Shown: one piece after another, positions 40,043 to 50,017 of the stretch
How the letters are laid out: each line of letters begins with the position of its first letter
How positions within the stretch are numbered: the first letter of the stretch is position 1
DNA from: Terriglobia bacterium
Lineage (GTDB): Bacteria > Acidobacteriota > Terriglobia > 20CM-2-55-15
Direction of reading: 5' to 3'
Length of the DNA stretch: 64,000 bases
Assembly (NCBI GenBank): GCA_965198225.1
Contig: CBDAOY010000008.1
Span: 384,001-448,000 of the forward strand
The notes under the pieces: generated by a model
Databases searched by the model: none
The model's input: the letters and a program-made list of their open reading frames with translations, nothing else
What the model was told of the DNA's origin: nothing
Made by a program: the position numbers and the translations under genes

Positions 40043-41641
40043 ATGGTAGGTCGATTGAGTCAGATCGTAGTTGGCATGCTCGCGGTAGCGATGCTGGCAT
40101 CAGCCGCCCCGGTAGACGCTGAGCTTTCCATCGCGGCCATGAAGGGCGATATGGCGACGGTTCAGGCCCTGCTGGAACAGAGTGTCGACGTGAACGCCCC
40201 ACAGGGAGACGGCACGACGGCGTTGCATTGGGCGGCGTACCGGGATGACGTGGACATGGCCCGATTGCTGATCGAAGCAGGCGCGGACGTCGCGGCCAAG
40301 ACTCGCTTGGGAGAAATGACCCCCCTTTTCATGGCTGCGAAGAGCGGTAACGCAGGGATCGTCGAATTGCTGATCGAAGCAGGCGCCGACGCAAATTCGG
40401 TCAACACCGAAACCGGCACTACCTCGCTGATGCTGGCCGCAGCCTCCGGGAGTGTCGGCGCGGTGAAGACGCTGCTCGATGCCGGTGCCGAAGTCGATGC
40501 AAAAGACGTTAATCAGGGACAGACGGCACTCATGTTCGCAGCAGCCCCCGGCCGAGTGGACGTTATCAAACTGCTCGCCGAGCGCGGCGCCGACATCGAC
40601 GCCACTTCGCTGGTTCCGACCCCTCGCAAGACGGAAGGTGCCGGCGGCCCGAGATGGCGCAGAGGCAACCTGGCGCTGGGCGGCATGACCGCGTTGGGGT
40701 TTGCGGCGCGCGACGGTCGGACGGCGGCCCTGGAAGCGCTGCTGGACGCCGGAGCCGATATCGACAAGCTGACCGCGTCGAACGACATGAGCGCGCTGAC
40801 GATTGCGATCCTGAACGCTCACTTCGACTCCGCGATGTTCCTGCTCGAGAGAGGCGCCGACCCGAAGCCCGCCGACAGCGGGGAGGGAGTCACCGCGCTC
40901 TACGCGGTGATCGACGCGCAGTGGGCCAATCGTGTCTGGTACCCGCCGCCGACACCGGAAGAGGAGTGGACCCCCTATCTCGATCTGATCAAAGTTATCC
41001 TCGAACGGGGAGTCGACCTCGACATTCGGCTGAAGGCGAAGATGTGGCAGAGGCAGATGCACGGGGACTGGGTCAACCCGGCCGGTGCCACGGCGTTCTG
41101 GCGCGCCGCGCAGGCCAATGACGTCGACGCCATGCGGCTCCTCATAGCCGCCGGTGCGAACCCGAGTATCCGTTCGAGGGACGGAGTCTCGGCGCTCCAG
41201 GTGGCCACGGGTTGGGGTTACGAACCGCAGACCAGCACCTTCATCCCGGACGCGCGGCTCGCGGCCGTCCGGTATCTTGTGGAAGAGGCCGGCCTCGACG
41301 TGAACGCCAGGGACAACAAGGGCTACACTCCGCTGCATGGCGCGGGGCTGACCTCGGAGTACGGCACGGACGTCATCGGCTATCTGGTCACGATGGGTGC
41401 GGATGTGAATGCGCAGGCAGACGCGATCTTCGGGGGTCTGATCGACCCGGACCAGGACGTTGAACCAGGCACGGGAGACACGGTAGCGGACATGGCGAAT
41501 GGGCCGAAAGCGCATAACCTCGTGCACCCCGAAGCCGTCCTGTTTCTTGAAGAGATCGGCTCGCCGAACTCGTACAACTGCCGGGCCTCGACGTGTGTGA
41601 ACGCGGCCAAGAAGGATAGTGCGGGTGGCGGCGGTCGATAG
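40043..41641 (+). CDS. Secreted ankyrin-repeat protein, copy 1
   Basis: Signal peptide; GTTALHWAA, TPLFMAA, TALMFAA, GYTPLHGA; C-terminal ADMANGP and CRASTC. Confidence 0.92.
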   Translation: MVGRLSQIVVGMLAVAMLASAAPVDAELSIAAMKGDMATVQALLEQSVDVNAPQGDGTTALHWAAYRDDVDMARLLIEAGADVAAKTRLGEMTPLFMAAKSGNAGIVELLIEAGADANSVNTETGTTSLMLAAASGSVGAVKTLLDAGAEVDAKDVNQGQTALMFAAAPGRVDVIKLLAERGADIDATSLVPTPRKTEGAGGPRWRRGNLALGGMTALGFAARDGRTAALEALLDAGADIDKLTASNDMSALTIAILNAHFDSAMFLLERGADPKPADSGEGVTALYAVIDAQWANRVWYPPPTPEEEWTPYLDLIKVILERGVDLDIRLKAKMWQRQMHGDWVNPAGATAFWRAAQANDVDAMRLLIAAGANPSIRSRDGVSALQVATGWGYEPQTSTFIPDARLAAVRYLVEEAGLDVNARDNKGYTPLHGAGLTSEYGTDVIGYLVTMGADVNAQADAIFGGLIDPDQDVEPGTGDTVADMANGPKAHNLVHPEAVLFLEEIGSPNSYNCRASTCVNAAKKDSAGGGGR

Positions 41642-41664
41642 CGGTTAATCTTTCCCGACTGTAC

Positions 41665-41700
41665 AAAGCCCCCTCCTCGGAGGGGGCTTTTATTTTTTTT
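41665..41700 (+). terminator. Intrinsic terminator of module 1
   Basis: aaagccccctcc-tc-ggagggggcttt followed by a T-tract. Confidence 0.85.
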
Positions 41701-41754
41701 GGAATTCCGGTTTTTGGAATTCCGGGTCTTGAATAATTTACGCGCCCCAAGACT

Positions 41755-41893
41755 ATTGCAGATTGGGTCATTGGACGAATCCGCATTGGAAGATGGAGAT
41801 TGCAAATTGCTCGATTTCTAATTGGTCGGAAATCTGAAATGAAACAATCTCCAATGAGCAATGTGGATTCTCACAAATATTGCAATTTGCAAT
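41755..41893. repeat. AT-rich nested imperfect inverted repeat (~140-nt rod)
   Basis: attgcagattg/caatttgcaat; gaatccgcattg/caatgtggattc; ggagattg/caatctcc; gatttc/gaaatc. Confidence 0.65.
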
Positions 41894-42045
41894 GGGACAG
41901 AAACACCGGGAAGTGTTCGCGGCACCGTCTCTGCCGGCACCCACGCCACCTGAGCATCCCAAGTATTGCTGTACGTTCCCGGTTTGACATAGACTTAGTT
42001 CGCTCTGACATGAGCAAGGCATCATTCGCGGAGGTAAGACGTAAC

Positions 42046-43026
42046 ATGATTCGAATTGCAGGGACTTTTGTGTCCATCATTTCTCTGGTAGCACTGATCG
42101 TGCTCGTGGGGCTGGTCGAGCCCGTTTCGGCTCGTCCAGAGTTTCACCAGCGTTTCCTGGATGATCCGCTCCGACTTCCGAGCGTGGAAGGTTGTGCGAC
42201 CTGCCACGACGACCCCGAAGGCGGAGGGCCTCGGAACGAGTTCGGTAGCGCCTTCGACGAGGGCGGTCGGATCATCACGCCGATGCTGAGGGCGAGTTAT
42301 CCGGACCGCTTCGGGTTCGTTTCGACGCGACTCGCCGACGGAACTACGTTCTTTTTCTCCGACCCTGAAAACCAGGTCGCCGTTTTCGAGCGTAACGATC
42401 AGAAGTTTCTCATCGACCTTGCGGCCCTGTCGGAGGTTTCCGAGGACGTGCTCCCGCCCCCGGCAAACCAGATGACATTTTTCCTTACCAGCGAAGGGCC
42501 CGGCAACGGCGGCCATCTGGAGGGTCTGGCCGGAGCCGATCGGCACTGTCAGGCGCTTGCCGAAGCAGTCGACGCGGGAGATCGAAATTGGCGCGCATAC
42601 CTCAGTACCAGCTTCCAGGGTTCACCGGCGATCAATGCCGGCGATCGAATCGGCACCGGCCCGTGGTTCAACGCGAAAGGACAGCTGGTTGCGCGCGGCG
42701 TCACGGACCTGCACAAGAACAACCGGTTGACAAGGCAGAGCGTGTTTAACGAAAAGGGTGAGAGTGTCAATGGCCGTGGAGACGAACCAAACCGCCACGA
42801 CATTCTGACCGGTTCGCTGTCGGACGGCACCGCGGCGATCGGGCAGGATTGCAACAACTGGACGAGTTCCATGGAGGGCACCGCGATGGTCGGCCACCAC
42901 GATCGGGAAGGTGGCGGAGAAAATGGCAGTTCCTGGAATTCCGCACACCCCTCGAGAGGCTGCAGCCAGGAAGAGCTGCGCGCATCGGGTGGTGACGGCC
43001 TATTCTACTGCTTTGCCCTTCGATAG
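42046..43026 (+). CDS. Secreted fusion of a monoheme (CxxCH) domain and an endostatin/C-type-lectin-fold domain
   Basis: Signal peptide; CATCH..PEGGGPRNEFG; C-terminal GLAGADRHCQALA, WRAYLS, HDILTGS, CNNWTS, GCS, LFYCFA. Confidence 0.78.
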   Translation: MIRIAGTFVSIISLVALIVLVGLVEPVSARPEFHQRFLDDPLRLPSVEGCATCHDDPEGGGPRNEFGSAFDEGGRIITPMLRASYPDRFGFVSTRLADGTTFFFSDPENQVAVFERNDQKFLIDLAALSEVSEDVLPPPANQMTFFLTSEGPGNGGHLEGLAGADRHCQALAEAVDAGDRNWRAYLSTSFQGSPAINAGDRIGTGPWFNAKGQLVARGVTDLHKNNRLTRQSVFNEKGESVNGRGDEPNRHDILTGSLSDGTAAIGQDCNNWTSSMEGTAMVGHHDREGGGENGSSWNSAHPSRGCSQEELRASGGDGLFYCFALR

Positions 43027-43159
43027 TGTTCAATAGTAGGGGTTTAGGGGGCAGATCATATTAGGTCGAGCCGGCCGGTGCGACTGCCCCCTTTGACCTT
43101 TCCCCCGCTCGGGCGCGAAGCGCAGCTTAAAGTACTCAATTCACAGGGATCAGAAACTG

Positions 43160-43188
43160 TTGACGTGGGTCCCTGACCTATTTATAGT
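43160..43188 (+). promoter_or_regulatory. Sigma70 promoter of module 2
   Basis: TTGACG-17-TATAGT, same hexamers as 35885. Confidence 0.7.
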
Positions 43189-43339
43189 GGCAACAGTAAC
43201 AGTCCAGTGCGGCGACGTGTGCTTGAGCGGCCCTCGCGGGAGATGTTGTATTGCGCGTTTAGTACTGCCGCATTTGTTCTTGGAACGTGCGAACTGAGGT
43301 TCGTTGGCGTTCGAGTTTCAGCTAGCGGAGGGTTGGTTG

Positions 43340-45754
43340 ATGAAGTTCACTTTGGTCTGCGTTGGCTTCGCCCTGCTTGCGATCGTGCTTTTCGGACAAG
43401 GTGATGCCCCCGTCGCCTTCGGCCAGGAAAGCGGCACTCTGTCCACGCTCGAATCGCAGCGTGCGATGGTGACCGACTACTGCGCCACGTGTCACAACCC
43501 TGCTCTCATGGAGGGCGCTTTCTCCTGGGACGAAGTGGACGTCGCGCACCCGGAGCAGAACGCCGAACAGGCCGAGAAGGTCATCCGCAAGGTTCGTTCC
43601 GGCATGATGCCCCCGGTCGGCATGCCCCGTCCGTCCGCCACCGAGTTGAAAGCGTTTGCCGCCGCGCTCGAAACCAGAATCGATCAGGCCGCTGTGCCGC
43701 ATTCCGAAGCGCCCGAACTCCACCGTGTCAACCGGAGAGAGTACAGGAACTCCATCCGCGACCTGCTCGACCTCGACATCGATGTCGGAGCGCTGCTGCC
43801 GCCCGACGGCCGGACCGGTAATTTCGACAACATGGCCGACGCCCTGACTGTTACGCCCGCACTCATGCAGGCTTACGTGCGCGCCGCGGACAAGATAGCC
43901 AGACAGGCCGTGGGCGATCCACAGGCGCCACCCGTGATGGCACAGTTTGACGTCGCCAAAGTGACCAACCAGATGCGGCACGTCGAAGGCACACCGTTCG
44001 GGACGCGCGGTGGGACGGCCGTCACGCACAACTTCCCGGCGGACGGCGAATACACGTTCGGCCTGGAGATGTACTACTACTACACCGGCGAGTTGATCGG
44101 CTCCAACCTTCCCGAGTCTCTGCAAGGCCAGCAGATCGAAATCTCGGTCGACGGCGAGCGAGTGGGTGTGTTCACGGTCGATCCGCTGCAGGAAGAAACC
44201 ACGGCTGTGATGGTGACCGATCCCGTGCAGGTGACGGCGGGACCGCACAACGTTGCTGCAGCGTTCATCCAGACCTTCGACGGTCCCGTAGAAGACCACT
44301 ACCGGCTGGTCGAGCACACGTTGATGGATGTCAGTATCGCCCTTCATGCAGGCATGACGGCGTTGCCGCACCTGCAGACCATGACGATCACAGGGCCGTT
44401 GAAGATCACGGGAATCTCAGATACCCCGAGCCGCCAGAAGATCTTCATCTGCTATCCGGACAATCCCGCCGAAGAGCAGGGCTGCGCCGAGGAGATCACG
44501 ACGAACCTCGCCGCCAAAGCCTTCCGACGGCCGGCGACTCCGGAAGATCTCGAAGGGCTGATGGAGATGTACAGAGTCGGCCTCGCCGAAGGCGATTTCG
44601 AAACCGGTATCCGGACTGTGGTTCAGGCGGTCATCGCGAAACCCGAGTTCGTCTTCCGCTTCGAGCGCGTCCCGGTCGGCGTGGAGCCCGGTCAGAGCTA
44701 TCAAATTGGCGACCTCGAGCTGGCTTCCCGATTGTCGTATTTCCTCTGGAGCACTTCCCCCGACGAAGAGCTGGTCGAGATCGCAAGTCAAGGCAGCTTA
44801 CGAGACGAGGGAGTCCTGGAAAGCCAGGTCCGGCGCATGCTCGCAGACCCGAGAGCAGAAACGCTGTCGGCCAACTTCGCATCGCAATGGCTGCGACTGG
44901 CGGGCATCGAAGAGGTGGCGCCGGAGCCGACGATCTTCCCCGACTACACGCGGAATCTGGCCGAATCGATGAGACGCGAGGTCGAACTGCTGTTCCACAG
45001 CATCGTCCAGGAAGACCGAAACGTTCTCGAGTTGATGACGGCCGATTACACGTTCGTGGATGAAACGCTCGCGACACACTACGAGATTCCCAACGTCGTC
45101 GGCACCCGATTCCGCCGCGTCCAGCTGGGCGACCCGAACCGTTTCGGGTTGCTCGGCAAGGGTGGCGTACTGACGTTGACTTCGCTGGCGAACCGGACCT
45201 CACCGGTGGCGCGCGGGAAGTACGTGCTGGAAGTCGTCGTGGGATCGCCTCCACCGAACCCCCCGCCCGTCGTTCCTCCCTTCAAGGAGAGCGTCAACAA
45301 CGAGAAGATACTGACGGTTCGCGAGCGGATTGAGGTGCACCGGGAGAACCCGGTGTGTAACGCCTGCCACCAGATCATGGATCCGATCGGCCTGACGATG
45401 GAGAACTTCGACGCGATCGGGCGTTGGCGCGCCAACGACGAAGGGCTTCCCATCGATGCGTCCGCCAGGATGTACGACGGGACGGAGTTGGACGGGGTGG
45501 TCAGCCTCAGCCAGGCGGTTCTGGATCGCTCAGAGGCGTTCCTGGGCAACTTTGCGGAGAACCTTCTGGCATACGGCGTCGGCCGGGTGCTGGACTATCG
45601 CGACATGCCGACGGTCCGGACGATTAGAAGGGCCGCGGCAGCAGACAACAACCGCTTTTCGACGTTCGTCATGAACGTCATCGAGAGCGTCCCGTTCCAG
45701 ATGAGGACGCTCAACCCGGCGACGGACGAGCAGGCTCAGGCCGGCCGCCATTGA
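43340..45754 (+). CDS. Diheme c DUF1592-type protein, copy 2
   Basis: CATCH, HRVNRREYRN, ELASRLSYFLWS, RTSPVARG, CNACH; colinear with copy 1. Confidence 0.9.
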   Translation: MKFTLVCVGFALLAIVLFGQGDAPVAFGQESGTLSTLESQRAMVTDYCATCHNPALMEGAFSWDEVDVAHPEQNAEQAEKVIRKVRSGMMPPVGMPRPSATELKAFAAALETRIDQAAVPHSEAPELHRVNRREYRNSIRDLLDLDIDVGALLPPDGRTGNFDNMADALTVTPALMQAYVRAADKIARQAVGDPQAPPVMAQFDVAKVTNQMRHVEGTPFGTRGGTAVTHNFPADGEYTFGLEMYYYYTGELIGSNLPESLQGQQIEISVDGERVGVFTVDPLQEETTAVMVTDPVQVTAGPHNVAAAFIQTFDGPVEDHYRLVEHTLMDVSIALHAGMTALPHLQTMTITGPLKITGISDTPSRQKIFICYPDNPAEEQGCAEEITTNLAAKAFRRPATPEDLEGLMEMYRVGLAEGDFETGIRTVVQAVIAKPEFVFRFERVPVGVEPGQSYQIGDLELASRLSYFLWSTSPDEELVEIASQGSLRDEGVLESQVRRMLADPRAETLSANFASQWLRLAGIEEVAPEPTIFPDYTRNLAESMRREVELLFHSIVQEDRNVLELMTADYTFVDETLATHYEIPNVVGTRFRRVQLGDPNRFGLLGKGGVLTLTSLANRTSPVARGKYVLEVVVGSPPPNPPPVVPPFKESVNNEKILTVRERIEVHRENPVCNACHQIMDPIGLTMENFDAIGRWRANDEGLPIDASARMYDGTELDGVVSLSQAVLDRSEAFLGNFAENLLAYGVGRVLDYRDMPTVRTIRRAAAADNNRFSTFVMNVIESVPFQMRTLNPATDEQAQAGRH

Positions 45755-45873
45755 TGAGTTGATGAGTCGATGACTTGCTGAATTGATAGATCGATCAGGC
45801 ATAGTAAGTATTCGAGTCAGTCAGTTGCTTTAACCTAGGATAGGTCGCTTAACAGACGAGGAGAGCCAAACCT

Positions 45874-47247
45874 ATGTTCATTACAAAGAAACACATTTCA
45901 CGCCGTACGATGCTTCGAGGTATGGGAGCTGCGGTCGCGCTGCCGTTCATGGAATCGATGGTGCCTGCCCAGACACCACTGAAGAACACGGCAGCCAACC
46001 CGAGAAGCCGTTTCGCCGCGATCGAGATCGTTCACGGAAACGGTGGCAGTACGATGTACGGCACGGAGAACAACCTCTGGGCGCCGGGCACCCAGGGCCG
46101 GGACTTTGAATTCGGGAAAATCATAAAGCCTCTGGAGCCGTTCAAGGACTACACGACGATCGTCAGTGACACCGACTGTGCTCCGGCCGACGCGATCACA
46201 GCCGAAGAGGTGGGTGCCGATCACTTCCGCTCCAGTGCCGTGTTCCTGACGGCTGCTCACGCGAAACAGACCGAAGGGTCCGACATTTACAACGGAACTT
46301 CGATCGACCAGATGTACGCGCATGAGTTCGGGCAGGACACGCCGCTGCCGTCGATCCAGCTGAGCATTGAGAACCTGGATTCCTCGGGCACCTGCGGCTA
46401 CCACTACAGCTGCTTCTACATGGACACGATCAGCTGGTCCTCACCGTCGACTCCGCTGCCGATGACGCGCGACCCGCGTCTGGCGTTCGAGGAGTTGTTC
46501 GGTTCGGGTGGAACCGCCGAAGACCGGGCCACTCGGCGACGGATCAACCGCAGCATTCTGGACGGCATCACCCACGATGTCGCCAGGCTGAGCAAGGATC
46601 TCGACCCCGTGGATCGCACCCGGCTCAACGACTACCTGGAGAACATCCGGGAGCTGGAGCGCCGGATCCAGAGGATCGAGGCGTACAACACCGAGCACGG
46701 AGCTGAAAGGGAATTGCCGACCGCCCCGATCGGGGTGCCCGACAACTGGGAAGAGCATGTCAAGCTCATGTATGACCTTCAGGCTCTGGCTTTCGCCGCG
46801 GATGTGACGCGCGTGTCCGCCTTTAAGCTGAGCCGCGACACCAGCAACCGGGTCTTCCCGGAAAGCGGCTGCGATACCCCGTTCCACACGGCGTCGCACC
46901 ACCAGGCGAAGCCCTCGTTGATCGAAGACATTGGCAAGATCAACCGTTACCACCTCGGCTTGCTCGCGTACTTCCTCGACAAGCTGAAGAATACCCCCGA
47001 CGGTGACGGCAACCTTCTGGATCACTCGCTGGTGCTCTACGGCAGCCCGATGGGCGACGGCAATATCCACGGCCACAAACGTGTGCCGATGGTGCTGCTC
47101 GGCCACGCCTCGGGTACGCTTCAGGGCAACCTGCATTTGCGTTGCCCTGATGAGACGCCGGAGGCCAACATCCTGCTGACGACCCTGCACAAACTCGGGA
47201 TGAAGACCGAAACAGTCGGCGACAGTACCGGGCCGCTTGCGATCTAG
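45874..47247 (+). CDS. DUF1552 (HXXSHH) protein with Tat signal, copy 2
   Basis: SRRTMLRG, GADHFR, HTASHH, DGNIHGH; GAGGAG RBS. Confidence 0.9.
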   Translation: MFITKKHISRRTMLRGMGAAVALPFMESMVPAQTPLKNTAANPRSRFAAIEIVHGNGGSTMYGTENNLWAPGTQGRDFEFGKIIKPLEPFKDYTTIVSDTDCAPADAITAEEVGADHFRSSAVFLTAAHAKQTEGSDIYNGTSIDQMYAHEFGQDTPLPSIQLSIENLDSSGTCGYHYSCFYMDTISWSSPSTPLPMTRDPRLAFEELFGSGGTAEDRATRRRINRSILDGITHDVARLSKDLDPVDRTRLNDYLENIRELERRIQRIEAYNTEHGAERELPTAPIGVPDNWEEHVKLMYDLQALAFAADVTRVSAFKLSRDTSNRVFPESGCDTPFHTASHHQAKPSLIEDIGKINRYHLGLLAYFLDKLKNTPDGDGNLLDHSLVLYGSPMGDGNIHGHKRVPMVLLGHASGTLQGNLHLRCPDETPEANILLTTLHKLGMKTETVGDSTGPLAI

Positions 47248-47308
47248 CTGATCGATCGGAGGCAGTGTTAGAACGTAGGGAAACAGTTAACTCATAGAGG
47301 GACGACAC

Positions 47309-49014
47309 ATGTTCGGTAAAAGCGTAGTTACCGGGTTGTGCATGGCCTTACTGCTGGCGGCGGTCGGCGGACAGCTTCTGGCTGCTCCGGTGGACGCGCC
47401 GGCGGACGCGGCCATGCGCGGCGATCTGGATGCGGTTCGAGAAATACTTGGCCGGCAGGCGGACGTCAACGTAGCGCAGGGAGACGGCACGACGGCGATC
47501 TGGATGCGGTTCGAGAAATACTTGGCCGGCAGGCGGACGTCAACGTACAGGGAGACGGCACGACGGCGTTGCACTGGGCGGCATACAGGGACGATGTTGA
47601 GATGGCCCGACTCCTCGTCGAGGCGGGTGCAGACGTTACCGTCAAGACCCGCTTGGGCGATCTCACGCCTCTGTTCATGGCTGCCAAGAACGGCACCGCG
47701 GAAATGATCGAGCTCCTGGCCGAGGCCGGCGCGGAGATCCATTCCACCAACGCCAACGGAACGACTCCGTTAATGCTGGCTGCGGCTTCGGGCAAGACAG
47801 ACGCGGTTCAAGTCCTGTTGGATCGCGGCGCTGACGTCAACGCCAAGGACGTCACGAACGAACAGAATGCCGTGATGTTTGCTGCGTCACTCGGTCGTGC
47901 CGACGTGGTCAAGCTGCTCGCCGCGAACGGTGCGGCGCTCGACGACAACACGAAGGTGACCGAGATAGTCAAACGGGAGTACCGGTACCGCGAGCGGGAG
48001 CAAAAGAATACGAACCGCTCCCGGCAGATACGACGCGAAGGTGCGACCAGCTTACCCACCATGGGCGGGATGACCGCCCTGCAGTTTGCGACGCGTGAAG
48101 GCCACATGGACGTCGTACGGGAACTCGTTGAGGCCGGAGCCGACGTCGACCGGGTCAACGCGGCCGACCACATGAGCGCCCTCACCTCCGCGCTGCTCAA
48201 CGGAGGCTTCGACATCGCCATGTACCTGGTCGAGAATGGCGCCGATCCGAATCTGGTGAGCACGACCGGCGTGACCCCGCTGTACGCGGTGATCGATGCG
48301 CAGTGGGCCGCACGGACGTGGTATCCGGCTCCGAGCCTTTCCGAAGAGAAGACCGGCTACCTCGACCTGCTGCAGGCCATCATCGGCAGCGGGGCCGATC
48401 TCAACGCCAGGTTGGGGAAGAAGCTGTGGTTCCGGTCGTTCCATGGGGACTCGATCAAGCAGGAAGGAGCGACGGCTTTCTGGCGGGCTGCAAAATCGAA
48501 TGACGTAGCCGCGATGAAGATACTGGTGGCGGCAGGCGCAGACCCCAGCATTCCCACGCTCCTGGGCGGTACGCCTCTGCAGGCTGCGGCGGGCTTCGGG
48601 CTCGAGCCGCAGACCAGCAACGTGGTTCCGGATGCACGTCTGGCGGCCGTGAAGTACCTGGTGGAGGAAGTCGGTGCGGACCCGAACGCTGGCGACAAAC
48701 AGGGCTACACGCCGCTGCACGGAGCGGCACTGACCACCAACATCGACGTGATGACCTACCTCGTGGCCATGGGCGGCAACGTGAAAGCTCGGGCCAAGAT
48801 GGTTTTCGGCGGTATCGGTGAGACGGACCGCGAAGTTGAGGGCAAAACCGGAGACACGGTCGCGGACATGGCCAACGGGCCGAAACCCCACAACCTGCAG
48901 TATCCCGATGTCGTCACGTGGCTCGAGAGTCTCGGTTCGGAGAACTCGGATCACTGCCGGGCCGCGACCTGTGTGGTGAAGACCCTCAAAGAAAGCAACA
49001 AGGAACGGCAATAG
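47309..49014 (+). CDS. Secreted ankyrin-repeat protein, copy 2; frameshifted by a 74/71-bp tandem duplication
   Basis: Signal peptide is in ORF 47309; the ankyrin body is in ORF 47338's frame after 47494; C-terminal ADMANGP, CRAATC. Confidence 0.85.
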
Positions 49015-49068
49015 CTCATCCTCGAAGCTAGGCGGTAGCGACCTGCCGCAACTGACAACTCGAAGCCG

Positions 49069-49094
49069 AAAGGAGCCCTTGGCGGGGCTCCTTT
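49069..49094 (+). terminator. Terminator-like hairpin after module 2
   Basis: aaaggagccc-ttggcg-gggctccttt. Confidence 0.7.
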
Positions 49095-49111
49095 CTGTTA
49101 TGGTCGGAATC

Positions 49112-49873
49112 ATGTCTCGAAGACTGACCATCATACTGATTCCCTTACTGGTAATCTCCGGGGGCCTTGCTTTCTCGCCGGAGATGCGTGCGCAGGCACG
49201 GCGCAACACCAATCACGGGAGCGTGTGGGACGGTGTCTATACGGACGCGCAGGCGCAGGAAGGACAGGCGCTCTTCGAAGCCAACTGCATCAAGTGCCAT
49301 GGCCGCGATACGGGTGGCTTCGCGGCAAAAGAACTCTACGGGGATCGATTCTTCGAGCGATGGAGAGAAGATACGCTCGACAGCCTGTATGGCTTCATGC
49401 AGAACATGCCGCCCGCCGGACCGGCCTTGAGTGCCCCCGAATACATGAACATCCTCAGCCACATCCTGTGGGCAAACGGCTTTCCGCCAGGCTCCGCGAG
49501 ACTGGATACGAGTGGTCTGTCCATGATTCGAATCGAAGGAGAGGACGGGCCACAGCCGCTTCCGGACCGGGCCAGCGTCCAGGTGGTCGGCTGCATGACG
49601 CGTTCCGGAAGCGACTGGACGCTGACGATGGCGACCGACCCGGTCCGGGCTCGGAATACCGAAGAAGCGACTGAAATCGAGCTCAAGGCGGCCGACGCGA
49701 AGCAGCTCAGCACCCAGACTTTCGAACTGGGGAATTTCTTCATGCTGGGTTCATTCGACCGTGACGCCCACGAGGGCCACAGGATGCTCGCCAAGGGCGC
49801 GCTGGTACGTCAGGACGAACGTGACCGTATCAGCCTGACTGCCCTGGACTCGGTGGCCAGTAGCTGTCCGTAG
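49112..49873 (+). CDS. Monoheme cytochrome c with C-terminal OB-fold-like extension
   Basis: Signal peptide; SVWDGVYTDAQAQEG, CIKCHG, MPP, NGFPPG; VQVVGC...GHRM..KG. Confidence 0.85.
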   Translation: MSRRLTIILIPLLVISGGLAFSPEMRAQARRNTNHGSVWDGVYTDAQAQEGQALFEANCIKCHGRDTGGFAAKELYGDRFFERWREDTLDSLYGFMQNMPPAGPALSAPEYMNILSHILWANGFPPGSARLDTSGLSMIRIEGEDGPQPLPDRASVQVVGCMTRSGSDWTLTMATDPVRARNTEEATEIELKAADAKQLSTQTFELGNFFMLGSFDRDAHEGHRMLAKGALVRQDERDRISLTALDSVASSCP

Positions 49874-49886
49874 CAGTCTCCCAGGT

Positions 49887-49952
49887 GTAGGTGCGGTCTA
49901 TGACCGCACATCCTTCGAGCTAAGACGATGTGCGCTCATAGAGCGCCCCTAC
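49887..49952. repeat. REP doublet (A forward, B reverse)
   Basis: GTAGGTGCGGTCTATGACCGCAC ... GTGCGCTCATAGAGCGCCCCTAC. Confidence 0.85.
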
Positions 49953-50017
49953 ACCCGATCCTGAAGTTTCGCCCTCCCACACATATTGGTCTGGATAGCT
50001 GGATAGCGAACGGTGCG

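Noticed and set aside
42046-43026. DGR target (C-type-lectin fold)
   Set aside because: No reverse transcriptase and no template repeat with adenine-specific differences seen in the window
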